A stretch of 64,000 nt of DNA from Dehalococcoidia bacterium (lineage in GTDB: Bacteria > Chloroflexota > Dehalococcoidia > Bin125), in assembly GCA_963663895.2 (NCBI GenBank), contig CAXXRD010000001.1, forward strand, positions 320,001 to 384,000. Direction: 5' to 3'. The position numbers and the translations under genes are program-made. The notes below the pieces were generated by a model that was given only the letters and a program-made list of their open reading frames with translations, made no database searches and was not told the origin of the DNA. Of this stretch, positions 62,450-64,000 are shown piece by piece. Every line of letters starts with the position of its first letter. Within the stretch, counting starts at the first letter, position 1.

Positions 62450-64000
62450 ATGGTGGTGCCCGCGCAGATCCGGAATTTGGTACTGATGGCCCATGGCGGG
62501 GCGGGCAAGACCTCCCTGGCCGAATCGCTGGCCTTCGCGGCGGGCGCCATCGACCGCCAAGGGCGCGTGGAGGACGGCAACACCGTCGCCGACTTCGATC
62601 CCGACGAGCAGAAGCGCGGCATGAGCGTCAAGCTCGCCATCGTCTCGTTCGAGCACAAGCACACGCAGATCAACCTGATCGACACGCCCGGCTATGCGGA
62701 CTTCGTCGGCGAGGTTATCGCGGGGGCCAGCGCCGCGGACGTGGCACTCATTACCGTCGACGCGACAAGCGGCGTGCAAGTGGGCACGGAGACCGCCTGG
62801 CGGATCGCCGAGCAGCGGGCGATGCCGCGGCTCCTTGCGGTGAGCCGCATGGACCGCGAGAACAGCAATTGGGCAGCGGCGGTCAGTGCCATTCGAAAGA
62901 CTCTCGGCCCGCAGTGTACGCCGCTGCAACTGCCGATCGGTGAAGCGCACAACCTCGCGGGCGTGATCGACGTGCTGCGTGGCGAGGCCTACTTGGGCGA
63001 CACGGACAAGGGAACGGCGGTACCCGACGAACATGCCGAGGCGTTAGCCGCCGCGCGCGAAGCCCTGATCGAGCGGATCGCCGAAGCCGACGACGACCTC
63101 ACGCTCAAGTACTTGGAAGGCGAGCCGCTCACGGAGGCCGAGATCAACAGCGGGCTCAAGACGGCGATCGCCGCCGGCACGCTCGTACCGATCCTCGCCT
63201 CCGCCGCGACCGGCAACATCGGCACCCAGGGTCTCTTGCGCCTGATCCACGAGCACGTGCCCTCGCCCGCGGACATCGCCCCCGCAATGGGTGAGTGCGA
63301 CGGAACTCCGGTCGAACTGGCGTCCGACCCGAGCGCGAATACAGCCGCACTCATCTTCAAGACGAACGCCGACGAGTTCGTCGGCCGCCTGACCTACTTC
63401 CGGGTTTTCACGGGGACGGTCAAAGCGGATACGCCGCTCTGGAACGCGCAGCAAGGGGAAAGCGAGCGGCCCAGCAATCTCGCGCGCGTCCTGGGCAAGG
63501 ACCGGCACAACGTAGCGGAGCTCACCGCAGGCGAGATCGGATCGGTGACCAAGCTCGGTCTATCCCGCACGTTCGAAACCCTGTGCGACAAGGCAGCGCC
63601 CGTGCAACTCGCGGCACCCTCGCTGCCGGCGCCGGTCTTCTCGGCCGCGATCGAGCCGAAATCAAAGGCGGACGTCGACAAGCTGGGGCCAAGTCTCCAA
63701 CGGCTGACCGAGGAGGATCTCACCCTGCGCATCGAACGCGACGCTGACACCGGGCAGACCATCCTCAGCGGCTTGGGGGAGTCGCACGTGGAACTCGCGG
63801 CGGACAAGCTACGCGGCAAGTTCAAGGTCGACGTCGTAGTGAAGGATCGCCGCATCCCCTACCGGGAGACGATCACGAGCAAAGCGGAGGCGGAGTACCT
63901 GCACAAGAAGCAGACCGGCGGGCACGGCCAGTATGCCCGGGTCGCGCTGCGCGTCGAGCCGCTGGGACGAGGGGAAGGGTTCGAATTCGACGATAAGATC
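62450..64000 (+). CDS. fusA: Elongation factor G-like GTPase (EF-G2 type), runs off window end
   Basis: Manual translation MVVPAQIRNLVLMAHGGAGKTSLAE, IDTPGYADF, L.EED.TL, GLGE.H, KKQTGGHGQY; AAGGAG RBS. Confidence 0.88.
   Translation, partial: MVVPAQIRNLVLMAHGGAGKTSLAESLAFAAGAIDRQGRVEDGNTVADFDPDEQKRGMSVKLAIVSFEHKHTQINLIDTPGYADFVGEVIAGASAADVALITVDATSGVQVGTETAWRIAEQRAMPRLLAVSRMDRENSNWAAAVSAIRKTLGPQCTPLQLPIGEAHNLAGVIDVLRGEAYLGDTDKGTAVPDEHAEALAAAREALIERIAEADDDLTLKYLEGEPLTEAEINSGLKTAIAAGTLVPILASAATGNIGTQGLLRLIHEHVPSPADIAPAMGECDGTPVELASDPSANTAALIFKTNADEFVGRLTYFRVFTGTVKADTPLWNAQQGESERPSNLARVLGKDRHNVAELTAGEIGSVTKLGLSRTFETLCDKAAPVQLAAPSLPAPVFSAAIEPKSKADVDKLGPSLQRLTEEDLTLRIERDADTGQTILSGLGESHVELAADKLRGKFKVDVVVKDRRIPYRETITSKAEAEYLHKKQTGGHGQYARVALRVEPLGRGEGFEFDDKI

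Overview
High-GC bacterial chromosome segment. It most likely comes from a Chloroflexota/Dehalococcoidia (SAR202-like) organism; this is inferred from the many luciferase-like monooxygenases, the RF2 GGQ context and the AGAAC-N4-GTTCT boxes. 1-35 kb is a catabolic region: six LLM oxidoreductases, an SDR, crotonases, an acyl-CoA dehydrogenase, ppdK and a 2-oxoacid dehydrogenase E1a/E1b/E2. Its + strand has an extreme C>G skew, interrupted by foreign-looking inserts: a DNA-glycosylase-like gene, a membrane protein, and an XcyI-type restriction-modification pair whose nuclease is broken by an 8-bp duplication. 35.7-42.9 kb is a defence island: Fic-wHTH, a type IIG R-M gene with a +1 G frameshift and a mosaic specificity patch, a Ser/Thr kinase and a Fic fragment. 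46-53.5 kb is a phosphatidylinositol-mannoside-like lipid operon: ino1, two PatA-like acyltransferases, a PHP phosphoesterase, and PimA-like and PgsA-like genes. The rest is housekeeping (prfB with programmed frameshift, folD, acpS, nnr, fabF, recJ, EF-G-like). Two signals stand out. (1) Two unrelated defence cassettes, the R-M operon and the kinase, share the promoter architecture TTGACG-NNN-AGAAC-N4-GTWCT-TANNNT, i.e. a LexA box inside a sigma-70 promoter. (2) The PIM-like operon carries extra enzymes that are candidates for steps still unassigned in the actinobacterial pathway. No rRNA, tRNA or CRISPR array was seen.
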